Shown: piece by piece, positions 39,094 to 52,605 of the stretch
Position numbering within the stretch: the stretch's first letter is position 1
Layout of the letters: each line of letters opens with the position of its first letter
Origin: Fimbriosthenelais zetlandica
Taxonomy: Eukaryota
DNA: 64,000 bases
Assembly: GCA_977030845.1 (NCBI GenBank)
Contig: OZ365118.1
Location: 17,112,001 to 17,176,000 of the forward strand
Direction: 5' to 3'
Position numbers and translations under genes: made by a program
Notes under the pieces: model-generated
What the model saw: the letters and a program-made list of their open reading frames with translations, nothing else
What the model was told of the DNA's origin: nothing
The model's database searches: none

Positions 39094-41817
39094 CTGAGGT
39101 GGGTAGGAGGAACCACTGTCGCCACTCTTATCCAAGGCTGGGTATTTAGAAGGATGTTCATCCTTCAGGTCAATATGCTTGCTGAAGGTCACTTCCTTCT
39201 TGCCTGAAGGGTCATTTTTGTTGTGTTTAATCTCAGTGTTTCTAGTGGCCTGAGCTTTGCCTTGCTCCATGACGAGCACTTTTTGGTCGGCGCCTGGTGT
39301 GTAGGACAAATACTTGCCCTTGTTTCTCTCTTGGCGCTGGCATTTACACGTCCTGACAATGGCTATGATGAGGATTATAGCGAAAAATGCTGAGACGGCA
39401 GCAACAGAAACCACAATGTTGAGGTTCTTACTGGACATCATGAAGTGTTCTGCACTCTTGTTGACCACAATGTTGAGCACAACATCCACTTTGTGTTGGG
39501 GATTACCGTTGTCCTTCACCTCGATGGCTATTTGGAAGAGTTCATCTTTGAGAGCAGCCAGGTTAGATTTGACTAGGATCATGCCTGTTTCCTCATTGAT
39601 GGTGAAGAGCTTCCTCTCGTTGCCTTCCACAATAGTGAAGGTCAGCTGAGAGTTGATTCCTATGTCTAAATCAGTTACCTTGATTTCAGTGACTTTGTCA
39701 CCAACTGGGGTCTTATTGGGGATATGTACTGTGTCATTTCTGACATTTGGGAACAAAATAAGAGGCAAGTTATCATTCTTGTCTGCTACGTGAATCAGAA
39801 CATCCACATTTGTTCTCATATCAGGGGCGTCCTTACTGATAGCTAACACCACCAGCTTGTATTGGGACTTTTCCTCCCGATCCAATTCCTGTCTTGTGAA
39901 AATTCTCCCAGTTTGGGGTTCAACAACAAATGCCTCAGTGGCACTGGCATCAGGGTCGAGGGCGTAGTTGAAATTATTGAAAGGTGGTGAGTCCTTGTCT
40001 ACAGCTGTCACCTGGCCCACTTCTGTCCCCAGAGGAAGGTTCTCATATACATCAAATACATAAGTGGGAGCTGTGAATTCTGGTTTCTCATCGTCCACGT
40101 CTGTCAGTTTGAGTAATAATGTTGAAGTAGCAGTGAAGGATGGGGTACCATGGTCTGTAGCTGTAATCAGGAACTGCATTGTTTCAGCTTCCTCATAGTC
40201 AAACCTTACTCTAGCTGTCACATTACCAGATATAGGGTTGACAGTCAGGTAGTTGACAGCTCTACCGAATGGCCTGTATTCAATCAACCCATTCTGGCCC
40301 AGATCAGGGTCAGTGGCATTCACTTGAATGATGAAAGAACCGATGGGGTTATTTTCAGCTAAAATAGCAGAGTAGGCGTTCTTATTGAAGGTGGGAGGGT
40401 TGTCATTGACATCAAGAATGTTCACTGAGATGTGAGCTGTGGATGTCATGGCAGGTGCTCCCTGGTCCTCACATATAAAGGCCAGGTCATAGTTCGCCGT
40501 ACTCTCTCTGTCCAGGGTCTGGGTGGTGGTCACTTTGTACTCTGTTTGGTACATCTTCTCTATAGTAAAGTATGGATTATTGATACTACAGGTGAAGAGG
40601 CCATTGTTGCCACTATCAGGATCAGCTACTGAGATATGAGCTACAAAACTGCCTGCAGGCTCTCCTTCTGATATCTCTACATGGCCTGTGGTGGTGAGGG
40701 CGTTGATTTTGATCTGTGGGGCATGGTCGTTGACGTCCTGCACCCTGACGATGACCTTGGCCAGGGCTGCCAGAGATTCAGGGTTGAGATCACGGGCATT
40801 CACCCCTAAATTATAAACCTCATTCTCCTCATAGTCCAAGCTCCCCTTCACAGATATCTCCCCTGAGGCGTTGTTGATGTGGAAGAGATGGCCATAGCTC
40901 TGCTGGGTTTTAGGAGCGAAGCTGTAAACCACCTTACCATTCATACCAGAGTCGGCATCCAGGGCTTTGACGCGGATTATGTTGGTGTCTTTATTGACAT
41001 TCTCAGGCACTGTCACGTTGTAGGTTTCCAGCTCAAACTTAGGGTTGTTATCATTGATGTCAGAGATGGTGACATCAATGGTAAGGAAGCCTGAGTTAGC
41101 TTGGGGTCCACCATCATAAGCTGCGACCACCACTCTGTATAACTCCCTAGTCTCACGATCCACCGCCTCCTGGAGCACCAAATGAAGGTCCACACTGCCA
41201 TCACTATTATTGTTAACTTTGAGAGAAAACTGAGGTGCTCCAGTGATCAGATCATAACGTTTCACACCAAATTTTGGACTGTCTGGATCCTCAGCTGTTG
41301 GTATAGTGAAACTGGCTCCCAGTCTGGTGTTCTCAGCAATGGACGTGGTGTAATGACCAGGGTTAAAGTTAGGAGGGTTATCATTGGTGTCTTCAATGGT
41401 CACTACTATTTTGATGATTTGGAAATACTGTCTCGGTTGAATGGTGATGTCGAGTCTGATCTCACAGCGGACTTGCTGCTTACAGATGTTATCACGATCA
41501 ATTCTATCACCTGTTCTCAACACTCCCTCCACCTCATCTATGGCGAAGAATGAGTCATATTTACTGTCCTGAGCACTGATAGCAAAACGTAAAGTGGTGA
41601 ATACATCGGCATCAAATTCATCTTGAAGTCCAGCTCCTTGTCTGATATCAGCTATAAAGGTGTTGCTTGGGGTCTCCTCATAGAGGGAATAAGTTAATGT
41701 TTTCTCATCCTGAGCTAAGGTTGTCCGAAAGTTCCCACATAGAGTGAGTAGAAGGATGTATTGTAGTACTAGTAGCACAGGTTGTGTACATATTTGTAGG
41801 CAGTGTTGGCTTGCCAT
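39094..41817 (-). CDS. Pcdh: Protocadherin, large coding exon: signal peptide, EC1-EC7, TM, juxtamembrane cytoplasmic region (908 aa from the likely ATG)
   Basis: Seven cadherin repeats with DRE/DYE, DxD and DxNDxxP Ca-binding motifs (e.g. DTNDNPP, DINDNNP, DVNDHAP, DVNDNPP, DVDDEKP, DKNDNLP). EC1 has the protocadherin C-X5-C motif (CKQQVRC, 41464-41484). TM LNIVVSVAAVSAFFAIILIIAIV at 39355-39423. The track start at 41895 is a GTG; the first in-frame ATG is 41817 in GCCATGG context, followed by a hydrophobic signal peptide. Exon ends at a phase-0 donor CAG|GTAAGC (39094/39093). Confidence 0.97.
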
Positions 41818-42169
41818 GGCTAGCTGTCTGTGTACTGATGTGGTGGTGTTGCCTTTTATCACAGGACCAAGCCAGTGATTGTTGAATAAGTCCACATGAA
41901 GTTTGGTGATGATAGATGTAAGTGAATGTGTCGGAGGTGATGTATTTATTGAGTCAGTCAGCCATTGTGTGAGGGTTGGGGTTGTATGGTGTATATTCGC
42001 CCCCTCTCTGTGTGTCTATGTGCTGGTGTGGCTTGGCTGGGGGGATTGGGCGTTCCCAGGTGTGGAAGTTGGCGGGGGTGTGGAGCGCTGCTTCCCCGAA
42101 GGTGAGCTTTCCCTTTCCCTTCTCTCTCTCAGCTCTCCCACCTTACACTGTCCCACTTCGAACGCAAAC
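41818..42169 (-). other. 5' UTR portion of the large protocadherin exon, preceded by a splice acceptor
   Basis: Acceptor tttctttgtttctttttttggacag|GTTTGC at 42170/42169, implying an upstream non-coding exon. Confidence 0.7.
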
Positions 42170-45100
42170 CTGTCCAAAAAAAGAAACAAAGAAACCATTA
42201 GGGCCTTTCAAATCGGAAGATAAATCGGAATGAAAATACATTCAGTAGAAAGAGGTCTAGGTTTAAATCCTTTGAGAGATTTAATGTATTTTAGTGTGTG
42301 GTTTGGGGGGTTGGGGACTTATCTGTGTTAGACATTGACAGGTCCATTTGTATCATTGACAGAACATACATTGAGACATCAGAAACATTCATCAGGCTAG
42401 AGTAACATTCATCAAGGTAAAGGGGGATTTAATGGACGTAGTTCATTAGTATTTGACAGGGGACTAACTCAATGTAAAAGATGGGATAATGGCAGTGGGT
42501 ATACACATCATTAAAATGATTATCAAAATGGAACTCTATTAAAATAATTCAGGGAATGGAACACCATAATAAGGGAGAGATTGGTGGTGAAGGACCTTGT
42601 CATAAAGAGCCTATAATAACAGCTTGTCAGTTATGGTTCCCAGTCTGAAAAAGGCCAGATCAGGTTTCACTTTCACAAGATCCAAACTGATAGCTCGTCT
42701 GACGGCTTAACTCATACACCACTCTCATCATTCTCAACATATTTCATATTGATAACTCTTAGAGAGGTTATTGAAACCCCCCTGAAGCAATTGATGGATA
42801 TTAGGCAGATGTTTTCCTCCTTGATTTACATTTAACATATTAACAAAATTGTACTTTTTTTCCTAATTTCCTATGCTAAATTATAGTGAATTATCATGTT
42901 ATTTGGTGATATTTTGGGGTCCTTTTGCAGACTGATTTTGGGCTAAAACGTTGATAAATATATTGGTCAGATGCAATAAATTTCATCACTCTCATTTTGA
43001 ATAATACATTTTCAATCCTGTTATATAAATTTACCAGATAAATTCCAAGCATTTATCACACATGGGGCTTTCATAAGCACGTCCCTGTGTAGTCCATTCC
43101 CAAGGTTGCATATATGAACACAAACTTGGGTTTAGTGTTGGGTTGGCACACAAGAAACCCACACATGCATTCACACTGCACTTACATACTCATACATGTC
43201 TCATCTTACCCATACACATCCCCACATCTCACCTTCAGGGGGTATGTATACTGACTATACAGATATGAAGGCATCACGTTCAGCACATCTGCTGCAACTC
43301 GGGTATCACCCAACCTCTCACCATACCTCAACCCTACAGATATATAACACCTAGATACCCTCCCCAACCTCAAAGACACCGAGGCTTGGATGTGAGTTTA
43401 ATTAGTCCTATACGTGGACATATCAAATGATATTGAAACCCAGGGGTGGGTAAGGGTGTGGTGGGGGTCGAGATAAAAGGGGAGAACCATCTAAGGACAT
43501 GGAATTGGTCAATGCAGCCCATATGTTCGAAATGCAAAAACATCCCCAAATCAATTCACATGAAAAACTAGGGGCATTGATTAGAAATGTTTGAAGTTAT
43601 TTTAGAAAGGCCCCGGGCACCCTAGCCTTTGATATATCCCTCTTTTTTAACCCCAACTTCAGTAGCCAATATACAGGAGTTGTTATTTGGGTTTGGGGTA
43701 TTTTAAGCCATATTTGGGGAATGTCAATAGGAAGGGTAGACAGGGTAACGGCGGGCATTCAGGGTGCAGGGACAGAGACCAATGTGAACAATTGGGATTA
43801 ACTTGGACTACAATAGGCGTCATCTTTCTCACAATGAACTCAGACAAACTAGAAATGCTGGGTGGTGAGGTTGAGGATTTATACAGGAACCATTCCTGGT
43901 CGCCTGATAATCCCCTCCGTCAATAGTCTGTTTATAAACGGACTGGGTTAAACATTCATCTGAAATTAATCTGAAATTCTCAACTGTTTATGTTAATTCT
44001 GAACACCAGACTTTGCTGGGCATATAGTTGATTGACTGATCTATTTTCAGTTTATGCTAATTTGAGCACCACCTTTTCTAGACTCTGCTTGATATTCCTG
44101 ATTGACTGATAGAATATCTATAATTTACATATTTTACTATCAGAGTTCCACACCAGAACTTGGGTCATTTTGGTTATCCTCTCAAGTTAAGTACGTATCG
44201 ATCTCCCCGATCCTCCTTGGTACAACATAGATCAAGAGACCCATTCCTGTCCACCCTGATACCTAATCCATACCAATTGTTTCCACGTCCTTTGCCCAAG
44301 CCATCCATCGAACAAAGCCTTAATTAGATTGGTAAGTTGAACCCTAGCCACTTAAATTGAGTTGTCAACATTACCATCGACAAGTTAATGTTGGAGGGAG
44401 CGGGAGGAAGATGGGGTGTGTTTGGGTGCAAAGGGGCTGTCCAATAAAAAAGATGTGCTCTAAGCCAAAGATAGGTTTCGGACCTAATCGGGCATAAATT
44501 CCTTCGGGAACTTTTCCATTGAACACAGGGGGTTATTTCTTACAAAAAAGTAACCTCCAATGGGCTATTACAAGAGTCTGGGATGATGTAATTGTGATTT
44601 TTCTCAACAGCCCCCATGAAACAAGGTAACCTTGGAATCCATGATGATACAGGTATGAAATCCACACACCTGCCCACACCTTCCTACTGCCCTCACAACC
44701 CTTAACCTGAGTGGTGTCCACTTAACATAGTCAGGGTCATTACCCCACCACCCAGCCCTGTCGTATTGTGAGATCCATTTGAAACAGAATCCACTGGCTA
44801 TTTATTATATGTCCACGTGTTTGGACAGCCTTGGATGGCTTACTGGACATTCTCCGGGTATTTTGGTCTCTTTGTTAACTGTCTTTGTATATTGATGCAC
44901 TTTCAGTGACTTCTGTGTGATATTTGATACACTTGACTACTGGTGACCGCTGGGTGTGGGGAGATGGTAACTATAGCTATACGCATGCTTGGCGCTTTTT
45001 TCCATGGCAACCGCCAGGTCATGTGTCAGAGGAAATGAACATGGGTTAGAAGATGAGCGGTGGAGAGGACAGGTGCCAATCATTGACCACTAAAGCTGGT

Positions 45101-48100
45101 CAGTCCACTGGACAAGTGGTCATTCCCCTCATCCCTTAAAGGGGGAAGCAATCCTTTTAATGAACTAATCGCGCCCCCTGTGATCAATCTTGTCACCTAT
45201 CAGACCAGGCCGTGTAGCGAGAAAATGAGGGAATGCACCAGCTCCCTTTAATTCTGAAAATACCTTTTGTCTCTTCACACATCTAAGTGGCAAAAGATCG
45301 TGACTGAAAGCCAGGTCTAAACACGCACATGATGGATTGATACGTTCCATAATTCATACCCTCATTCCCTGACATTTTTGAGAAGTTTTTTTAAGGTTGG
45401 ACTTCAAGCCAACAGCAGATTTTCATGCAGGCAATTTGTGAACAGATTTATGTGCAACACCAAGTAAACAGCATGTGAGATGGCAAATTCACACAGTGAC
45501 AAATATGCCGCACATTTTGACGACCTACACTTGTACTAACACTAGGGCATAAAATATACCCCTTCAATAAATCAAAACAAAACAACTAAGTTTTTTTCAA
45601 AGGGTGTCTTTCAAAGTGGCCATCTTTGAGCTGTAGGGCCTATATTTTAGCCTTAAGGCTATGGCGACCTATAGGCACACCCTCTACTATAGGCTTCACC
45701 CTATTTTAAAAGTTCAACCCAAGTTTACTATAGTCTATTGTAATTGGAGGTTTATATAGGGTGAGAGTATAGAATATAGCCAGCCAGGCTTTCCATGTCT
45801 TCGCGATGGTAAATATGAAGATGGTATGTTGCAGATTTGGGAGATAGGAGACTGTTGCATGCGGAGGTCCAATTATTTTGTCCAATTATGGGGGCAGGCC
45901 CCGAGTAGCATTTAACATGGTCATGGAAGGTGGAAGGGGGTTGAGTGAAAGGGGGTCCTTATATTGGGTTGGGCCATGAAAAATAAAACCCATGTTTCCC
46001 CAAAACATCCCAATAGGTACCACAAAGCGCCTATTTTAGAAAACAAGTTGATTTTGATTTACCAACTTCATAATATATTTGCTTGGTAAAGTATTAATAT
46101 TATACATCATAAGGGAAACTTATGAGGACAGCTATACTGAAAATTAACAGGCAATTTGCCTTCTTGGCCTTTTATTGGCTTGGGGTGAATTGAAGGGGGA
46201 GGGATGGGTGGATGGCATATTGAAGACACGCACGCTTGTGGGGCGGGAGGTCAGGAGGATTCCCATGTTAAATTGTTCACCACATAGCTAATTATGGCCT
46301 GACTTTTCCGTGCTGACCGTCAGGCCATGGCGGAGCGGGGGCTTCTACGCTTCTGACTTCTGGCTTTATTATACTGCTAAAATATGGAACCTCACCCCAA
46401 ACGTTTACTTCAAGTCACAATGAGTGCATATATAATATATACGTCTCTCTTCATAAACAGAGTTGTATGGGAATAAATGATCAGACAACTTAACAGATAG
46501 TAAACATTTCAACTAGATTCTAGGCAGTTTTTAAAATAAGTATTTAACTTTACAGTCACAATGATTAAAAGTACTTTTAGTATCAAACTTTTCATCAGAT
46601 TTTTCACTCAATTGTCATTGGTTTTGAAATATCACTCTGTGACTAATTAAAAATGCCACATTTTCAATATTGTTTACCTATATAATGGAGTGACTTATAT
46701 AATTCCCATATAATTAGCACCTGTCATATATATGTGCGACAGCCCCTTATTGAGCGAGGTATGAGCATTTGACGGCTTGGGTGCTAATGATCCCCCATCA
46801 TAAAGCTACTCCTTATGGGGCAGCGTTTTCACACTTACTTATACACTGCTTAATATCATAACTACTACCATCACCCTCATATATGATCCTTACATGTATT
46901 ATTATGTATAAACATAGAATACACATAGACCCCATAATGACTTTATCCCTATTATAATGACACCTGACAATTTTTTTCATTTTTTTTCAAATTACACGAA
47001 ATATCAATCCATTAAAGGAATGATCTGGGGTTTAAAATCACCTTACCCCTTTAGAACAATTACAGGTTCTATAACCTATTCTTGTATTATCTTTTAGGAA
47101 ATGCCCTCAGATGGGAAGGGGCGGGAGAATTGAAATTTATAACCATCCGATGAACCCAATTCATCAAGAGTAATTTCCCGTCTCTGGGAGCAATGACTTT
47201 TATATTGCGGTTACCTTTGGGGCGTTGCTTTATTGTCTATTTCACTATTGCGCCAGTAGCCTTCATTTTACACGTTTTTGTTGGCTGGAATATCAAATTT
47301 CCCACCAACACAGTGGCGGGGTCTCCTACAACCCAGGTACGAGGTCCCATACATCAATCTTGTCCCTAACTATTGCCTCCGTTTCCCTCTTCCCACCCCT
47401 TTCCCCTTGACCCGTACACTTTTCTAACGCTCAGCACCTATCCCTCTACCTTCCTCTCTGCCTTGTAGCAGCTGGTAGTAAAGGTAGGAGGGTCGGTAGG
47501 GGAGAAAGGGCCCGGCAGGTAAATGATAGGTCTAGGCTAGCCCGTCTAAAGGCCCCTGTCACACCTTTCTACCTTTACTTGCCGTATCGGGTTACGTTTT
47601 GTGAACAGCATGGTGCTTTTAGTGGACGCTTCAAGGTAGAACCACCTAGGTGGATTTATTGGTGGAGTTGTGGACTGGCTGGGTTTGTGTGATCTCTCAG
47701 CCATGTGTAGTATAGATCCAGGTAACTGGAGGTAACTGGAGGTGGTAACATTCTCCACTGACCGGTCTCCACTCTACCTGAGCTCATACCAGTCTCCTCT
47801 AGCTAGACAGATATCATACCTGTCTCATCTAGATACCCCAGATACCCCATATCACAGACAGTGAGACCTACAGGGAGGCTTCCTATACCCACTGACAGAT
47901 ATCAACAGATATACCAGTGGACTGATACCATGACTAAATTACCTCTATATCTTATCAACAATGTATTACATAACTGTTATAATTGGTTTCCCATCTGCTA
48001 TATTCATAATCTAACAATATTTTTAACAATTTTGCTCATTATTTTCCCCTATGTAATTCCGAACATTCTTATTATATTTTTCCCACACATGCTCCTGATC

Positions 48101-48348
48101 AATATTAGTCTTTCTTATGTAATGGATTTAATTTTGTATTTTATGAATTATCACCTGTCATACCCATACAAAATATCCCATGATTTATGATTAGTATCGG
48201 GTTTTCATGGTAAAGTTTGGGGTTGTCAACCTTCGGTTGTCATAGGGATAGATGTGTATTGGGGATGCGACTACACACATCCCACAGTGGGGGAGGGGTC
48301 TGTCAGTCTATCCATGAGAGAAAATATACCAAAAGAAAGATAACTTAC

Positions 48349-48550
48349 CTTCATAAAACTAACAGATGAATGTATAAATCCACATGGGCACATAGGACGT
48401 TGATATCACTGAACCACTGCACTTGTGAAATTGGTAAAATCCTTATAAAATGTAGAAAACGCTTGTTAAAGCTGAAATGACACTGTTTTCCCACACACCT
48501 GTGCTGGCTCCTCCACCTTCACACTCACTCTACCGTACACCCAGATGATG
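48349..48550 (-). other. Candidate non-coding first exon of the protocadherin gene (TSS end approximate)
   Basis: Consensus donor AAG|GTAAGT at 48349/48348, directly downstream of a promoter-like motif cluster. Inr-like TCATTT at 48475-48480. Confidence 0.55.
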
Positions 48551-48574
48551 GCTTCAAATACTATACGCTCCCCT

Positions 48575-48695
48575 TCACCCACGTGACTCCCAGCTCGCCT
48601 CTCATTGGCTGAGCGGGAGGTGATTGACAGGGGGCGTGGGTTAGAAGGTAGGCTTGCTATTGGCAATGTCAAAGAAGAAAGCTTAATCCAATGAG
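48575..48695 (-). promoter_or_regulatory. Candidate protocadherin promoter (E-box, CCAAT boxes, Pbx/Prep decamer, GC box)
   Basis: CACGTG 48580-48585; ATTGG 48604-48608 and 48659-48663; CCAAT 48688-48692; TGATTGACAG 48621-48630; GGGGCGTGG 48631-48639, all within 120 bp. Confidence 0.6.
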
Positions 48696-51600
48696 TGGAT
48701 GCTACTGGGGGTATGGCTGAGCATCTTTTAATGAACGACACCCTGGGTTTTGTGTCTCCTGCTAATAGCAAAAATCAGTGAATCTTGTCTGCATCCTGCC
48801 CCGCAAAGCTGTGCTGCTGTTTTTCATGCCTCATTTCAGGCTTTGCGAAATTTCATGAATATAGTTTATTTTCAACCGATTTGTTTCAACACATTCCCGA
48901 GTTCTGTTCCTGAAAATGTTTAATTGTGGAAGTATATAAGTAAAATGGGTGGAATTCCTATAAAAATAGGAAACCCATTCTCGGAGCCTTAGTCTTTGTT
49001 GCACAACTATTGAGTGAAAGTTTTAATGGCAAACAATGGCGGTCTCTCGCCCCTATAATACACATCTCTAGACACTTTAGCATCGTTGACATAACGGATG
49101 AAATATACTCTAGTGAAATGGACTCTAATTCCAAAAGTACACAGTGTCGAGCTCCACTCAAAACTTTCTACTTTCAAGCCTACATACGCATAAAAGTGCT
49201 CCTTTAAATAATTCTGAGGAAATTCCCACTTGCGGTGACACCAATGGTTATTCTTTTAACATTGACTTTTTCATACCAAAAAATCCCCGAATTGCCAGAT
49301 TAACATTGGAATTTCAGAATTATATTTTTCTTTTGAATATAACCCCTATGGACATCCATTTTGTCATTTATTCTGAGACTGGTTATTTATACCAAGCGTC
49401 TGCCCCGGAGCATGCAGGCAGTATAGAATCCATGCCATGTTTGATAAATAAAACTAATGGATATGTGCCCTCCAGTGATCTGTGTTTTTACCATGACAAC
49501 GCTTTCATTCCCGCCTTGTAGACTTCCATGTACACACGTGTACGATTGTTTTATTAAGGAACATGTCACTCATCTATACACACATATAGTTAGAAGCAAG
49601 TCTGAGCTATTTCAATGAGTTTGTATGAACCTTTTAAGGAGACCTTTTGCTAATTATTTTGAAAGATTGACATTCTTCAGAGCGGCATAGAGGGGGTTAA
49701 TGACGGATATAGGGATAATTAGTTGGTGTGAAATGTTGTCTTTTCCTCTAATTAATCAACGTTTCCCCACCCCTCACCCGTTGTATAATTACAGACGGGA
49801 TATGCGCGCTTCTAATGTTTTAAATGATGCTATTTGTTTAAGTGTGAAACTCACACTTTGTTTGATGCGAGAGAAAGAACGTAGTTAACAAAACTGTATT
49901 GTGCCGGGTTTGAATTTGATTATTGAACTAATGATGATGAATACATCCTTTATTTTGTACAATTCGCTTTATTACAGACCACGTTTACAGACCCTTTTAC
50001 CTTTTCATATACTTTATAATAAAGACTAACAAATAATAATCAAATTAATAACTAATTTACATCGGAGCACATTTAAAATAGTTGTATCAATATAGTTTCT
50101 CGGGTATTTTCCTATGGACTCAACCAAGTATTGAATGTCTATACACAGGCCCACAGGATTACCTGAGCCTTAATAAAGGAGTCCCCATTAGTGTTTGTAT
50201 ACATTAAAATTAGTCACCAAACTATTTACTCTCAAAACGACTCCATACTTTAAGCAAACAGCAGTTCTCCACTTATTAAGTAATATCCATCAAAGAAGCA
50301 CAAACAGAATAGTTTCTATTGAGACATTCCACTCGTTTGTAAAGCAAATGGTGTTCAACACTCTCTAGTTTCATCAGTACTTTCAATGAAAGTTTGGAGG
50401 TGGTCAGATGAAGTATAGAAATGATTCTAAAGGTGGGATGGTAGAAGGTTGGGGTGAAAACTGAGGGGAGAGGCGATGTATTATGTAGGAAGCCAAGGAA
50501 AGCAAAAAAGGGGTTTGAACTGCTGAGTTGGTGAATAGAGTGAAACAAGGTCTTAGCGAGTGACCATTGGCGCAATTCTTATGTGGGTTGACCACAACTG
50601 GATTTAACCCAGGGGAGTAGGGACAAAGAAAACAATGACTGGTCAATAATGATTCCCTGCTGGAGACTAGTCATGACTGACCATGGGAAATTTGTTTCTA
50701 ATTTGAAAAAGCTTTTCACCTGATTTTAGGGACATTCCCCCACCCCTTGGGAACAAAACCGTCTAAAAGTAATCATTGAATTCCATTCATTGCGTTTGAC
50801 ATTTTGATAGATAAAATATGGTGGAATCGAAATGACATACTGGCAGTTTTCTCTTCATTGTTCTGGTTAAAAAGAAACCATACCAAACGCAACTGGACTG
50901 TACCTTCACTAGAAATCAATTAGCATATATTAGGGGCAATATGTAGCGTTATTGCTGCATCACAATGCAAAAATGCTCCGTTTTGGTTGCAAATACAATG
51001 TTCATATTGCGCTGATTTCCTATCTCTATATATAGGCCTATAGGACCAGAGATGGCGCAAGCCCGGGGCATAATGTCTGCTAAACACTGCCCCGGGGCAC
51101 GCTGAAAGGTGGTTATGCCTTTCTAATTAAGATATTTTGCAGGCCCGGGGTCAGCCTAGGTGGACAATTGAGAGGATAGAAGCACCTGGATGTATGCTTG
51201 TGGACCATATATCAAGGCTTCGCTTCACTGCCCCTCTAAAAGATAAGGCTGACCCATTGAAAGGAAAAGTTTCTAAATGAAATTCAAAAGGATTTTTTTC
51301 GCATATATTACTGCCAGCACTAAATCCATGAAGGCCTTTGTGATGCTTATTGTTGGTGAGATATTTTTTGTGAATCGGCCCCTGGACATGGCGGCGTACT
51401 TATTATGTATTCATTTATTTATGGTGTCATTTTATTGTCTGTTTTTCGATCGGAGGTTCCTTTACATATGGAAATGCCCCATAAAGCTAGATAACATTTT
51501 TTGAATTTCATAATCTAATAATTGACGTTTTATAGTGATGTTTACTACTGCTTTCCTTGAGACAGATATTTAGATTCTTAAGGGCACAGATTCTTATGGA

Positions 51601-52535
51601 CTAACTAACCCTTGATATAACAATATTCCCAAGAAAACTCTTAAAGACCTGTGTCCAAGACCTGTCTTAGGAGCTGTCTTAAGCTCTTAAGATATCGAGT
51701 AGACCTGTGCCTTAAGTCTTTACATTTCTCAGGGATGTACCCAAGGAAGAACCCCCCACCCTCCACTCCCCCATCCAGTCCATCTTATCATATACCTTAG
51801 GGCAGGGAACATCCTTACATAGAGATATCAAAGCCACCAACGAGGTAAAGGTGAGAAGGAACAATAGAATGACAGTGGTCAAGGAAGGGCTGACCACCAC
51901 CCCTTCTGACCCACCCCCATGGCTTGACCACCCCTACACTGCTGTGATAATTGAAGGACCATCCCTCACCTCTACCCTTACCTACAGGAAAAGACCTTTA
52001 CCTGTCCATACACGGGACCAGCTACTTAGTGACCACTCGACTGGACAGTGGTCACACTATTGGTCTGACATACATATAAATACTTCAAAATACTGACCTT
52101 AAATGTGATTATTTCCAATGACAAGTAGTAATCGTGTCAAAGAATACGAGTACTCAGTCCCAACTTCTATGTTGAGTCCACCAGGCATGAACATTTATGA
52201 AGCAGCTTTTGGTTAATATTATATATTATACATCGCCCTTATGTTGGTTTATCATATATTCAAAACTGCCATATTGATTTATGCCACTCTCAATGCCCCA
52301 TATAATATTTTCTATTCATTTTGCTTTTCATTCAAAGACATCCTTCACAGTGTAACAGCTGGGTGGAAGTAGTGTTTAGAGTTTTGTCAAACTACTGTTC
52401 AACTGTTCCTATTGAATGTAGTACAGCCCCGCCTCGCAACTAATTGAGATTTAAAAAAAAATAAATTTAAGACCTCTACTCCACATACTGTTTACACATT
52501 TCTCAAATGCTGTCTACGAATATTATCTAAATTTC

Positions 52536-52605
52536 TCCTCTCCCTCTCTCTATCCGCTCTCGCCTCTCCTCTCTTCTCTCACTCTCCCCCCATCTTTCTC
52601 CCTTT
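52536..52605 (+). repeat. CT-rich tract
   Basis: Degenerate (CT)n. Confidence 0.75.

Noticed and set aside
39314-41553. Several plus-strand and off-frame ORFs inside the large exon
   Set aside because: Shadow ORFs of the cadherin coding sequence.
41818-41895. N-terminal 26 aa of the track ORF (MDLFNNHW...)
   Set aside because: The track start is GTG. The first ATG (41817) has strong Kozak context and directly precedes a signal peptide.
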